DNA of 64,000 bases, taken from contig NC_058130.1 in assembly GCF_016433145.1 (NCBI RefSeq), positions 84,962,545 to 85,026,544 on the forward strand, given 5' to 3'. A program made the translations under genes and the position numbers. The notes below the pieces were generated by a model that saw nothing but the letters and a program-made list of their open reading frames with translations, was not told the DNA's origin and made no database searches. The stretch comes from Gracilinanus agilis (lineage: Eukaryota). Below are positions 61,325 to 64,000 of this stretch, one piece after another (position 1 is the stretch's first letter; every line of letters starts with the position of its first letter).

Positions 61325-62050
61325 GTAAAAATAAATTAAGGGCTTTAAAAGACTATCTGCCTTTTGATCCAGCCATAGCACTGCTTGGTTTATACCCCAA
61401 AGAGATAATAAGGAAAAAGACTTGCACAAAAATATTTATAGCCACACTCTTTGTGGTTGCAAGAAATTTGAAAATGAGAGAATGTCCTTCGATTGGGGAA
61501 TGGCTGAACAAATTGTGGTATCTATTGGTGATGGAATACTATTGTGCTCAAAGGAATAATGAACTGGAGGAATTCCATATGAACTGGAATGACCTCCAGG
61601 AATTGATGCAGAGTAAAAGGAGCAGAACCAGGAGAACCTTATACACAGAGGCTGATGATACACTGTGGTACAATCAAACATAATGGACTTCTCTACTAGC
61701 GGCAATCCAGAGCAAGGCTGAGGGACTTATGAGAAAGAAAACTAGCCACATTCAGAGGAAGAACTGTGGGAGGAGAAACACAGAGGAAAAACAACTGCTT
61801 GAACACATGGGCTGATGGGGATTTTATTGGGGATGAAGACACTAAATGATAACTCTAGCCCAATTATCAATAATATGGAATTAGGGCTTAATCAATGATA
61901 CACGTAAAACCTAGTGAAATTATGCATCAGCTAAGGGGGGTTAGGTGGGTTTGGAGAGAGGGAAAGAACATGAAACGTAAATATGGGGAAATATTCAAAA
62001 TAAAAATTAAAAAAAAGAAAATAAATTAGAAAGTAAAAACAAAAAAAAAT
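61325..62050 (+). mobile_element. L1 ORF2 C-terminus and 3' UTR
   Basis: LPFDPAIALLGLYPKE...FIATLFVVARN...CPSIGEWLNKLWY...MEYYCA. Confidence 0.9.
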
Positions 62051-62059
62051 TAATGTTAT

Positions 62060-62620
62060 TGCTTTTTGTTTTTCTTCTTCCAGATTGTCTTCTACTTATA
62101 TGTATTTGCATTCCCAATCAGTAGTTTTCTCTTGTGTTTCTTTAATAAGATTTTTTTTAACATTGATTAAAGTTTTTTCTATTCTGCCTACTAGTTCTGT
62201 TATATAGGTAATAAATTCTGTTTTCAGGATTCTTATTTCCCTCTCAAATAATTTGGAAACATTTACTAGTAGTTCCATGCTCTCTTGGGAGTCCATAGGT
62301 TCCTCTATTTCATCAGGTGTTATTTATTTTTCCTTTTTCTTGAAATATTATTTTAAAATATTTGGACTTATTTAGATGTCCTTGAGTCTATCTTTTGTTC
62401 TTTTACTGTCTTTCCTATTTATCTGCTTGCACTTGAGGATTTTAGCTGAGTTTTCTTCCTCCAGAGTTGTTTATTTTGGATTTTCTTTTCCTTTATATTC
62501 CCTTTTGCTCACTTTCTGAAATCTTCCCCCTTTGATGTCTATTTACCAGAGAACTAAACTTCAAAGGTATTTTAGCTTCTTCCCAAGATGGAAAATTCAC
62601 TTTTCATTGAACTTAATCTC
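62060..62620 (-). mobile_element. L1 5'/ORF1 N-terminal fragment
   Basis: Coiled-coil-like remnant (FEREIRILKTEF...LVGRIEK) and L1-like composition. Confidence 0.5.
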
Positions 62621-64000
62621 TGCCCCATGTGACTTCTGGAGGGCCAGAACTAGTCTCAGTTGGCTACAAACCTCTTTTCCTTCAGACCTTGGTGGAATCC
62701 CATAAACCCTGCCCCAGTTCCCTCTCTTCCTTTGTTTTCCATTTGAGCATTGTTGCAGAGGTGCATGCATGCTACCAGCACAGGGAAAATAAGATTCCAC
62801 TTTCCTATATCTACATCTTCTCCTCGTGGAGGAAGAGAGAGCAAAGTCAAGTTCTATCATTTGTTAGCACAGAATGTTCAGACAGAATGAAGTATCCTAG
62901 CAGAGATTACGGAGGCAGCAAATGAATTGTTGAGTGATCCTAGAGCAGAAGCCTATGGGTCCTGTTGTACAGCCCTGCCAGAACATAGGGGCTAGAGAGA
63001 GGGGGTTCTGGGTGAATTTTTAACACGGTATTGTAAATTTATCAGGTTGTTGCCTCCTTTGGATTCTTTGTGTCTTAGTTTGTGAAGAAGGCTGCAACTG
63101 CTTTTTACTTCTTGGGCACAGTTTTTACTTTGGTGACGTTTAAGAGGTTGTGGAGATCAGGAAAATGTCTAGTAATCTTGTTGGTCTTGGCCCTTGATTA
63201 TTCAAGAAAGCAATACTTAAAGAGAAGAGTCTCACCTTCCCATTTACCACCATCTTCAACCACTGACTAACTGCTATTAACAGACAAGAAACCCCAGAAT
63301 AGCAGTACCCCCAGAGTGGCATCCCTAGTGCTTTGCAAATAAATTCTTTTTAATTAATTAATTCATTAATTAATTAATTCATTCTTTATTGGTGATATTT
63401 GTTACAGAGGCATTATCCATTTTAAGGGACATTAGCAGAGTGTCTCTGGAGGACAGTGAGTAAGAGGCTGCTTCGAGGAGAAAGCATGGCCAGCACCTGC
63501 TACCAAAAGGGACATCAATAAACCAAAGTGTCTCCAGAGGACAGCTGGTTTGTGAGCCTATGAGAAAAACACACAGCTAACACCTGCCATTGTAACACTA
63601 CACTATTTCAGGCAGAGACTTTATGTGAGACCAATTGTGATTCACCAATACCTTGTACTATTTCCCATTTAGTATTCCTAAACCAGCTTTGCATTGTCTT
63701 CGCCACTAGCCACATCTGCCCCTAATTTGATTAGCAAGGCAATGAGGGACATTAAAGGGGTTGGATGTCTTTACCCCAGATCCTTGGCAGTACAGGGGAT
63801 ACCTGGATGATTTGAACCTAGGTTCCTGCCTCAAAGATATGAAAGGAATTAAAAGAAATTTTGGACCATAACTCAGATAAGGGTTTCAGCTAAGGGGAAA
63901 GGAGTTCAAAGGGCAGCCTTTAATAGCTTCTATGTAGCTGGCTGGAGTATACTACAAAAGAACTAAAGAATGTCCTTAGAGCGAAGGAGGAACAGCTCCA

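Noticed and set aside
1-64000. CRISPR arrays, rRNA, prokaryotic features, satellite arrays
   Set aside because: Mammalian sequence; the recurring ~190-bp repeats are dispersed SINEs, not regularly spaced arrays.

Overview
This is marsupial genomic DNA. The dense tRNA-derived SINEs look like SINE1_Mdo, so the source is probably a didelphid opossum such as Monodelphis. I reconstructed four intact protein-coding genes by hand. (1) A five-exon whey acidic protein gene (WAP, + strand, 28606-34348, 189 aa) with three four-disulfide-core domains and a STAT5-type motif cluster 1.2-2.2 kb upstream. (2, 3) Two convergent, intronless 143-aa divergent histone H2A genes of the H2A.R type (35307-35738 + and 48756-49187 -). 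They share a conserved CRE-like/inverted-CCAAT/TATA promoter, an out-of-frame upstream ATG exactly 26 nt before the start, and tandem ATTAAA signals. (4) A compact three-exon gene that I cannot name (- strand, 55960-57339, about 206 aa). It encodes a single-IgV, B7/butyrophilin-like type I membrane protein whose first canonical Ig cysteine is replaced by Phe. The left edge is a CpG-island promoter whose gene I could not identify. The rest is mostly interspersed repeat: SINEs, L1, L2, CR1/L3, two solo LTRs with target-site duplications, hAT/Charlie fossils and a MITE. All similarity statements are from reading by eye and recalled family knowledge, not database searches. Repeat boundaries are approximate.
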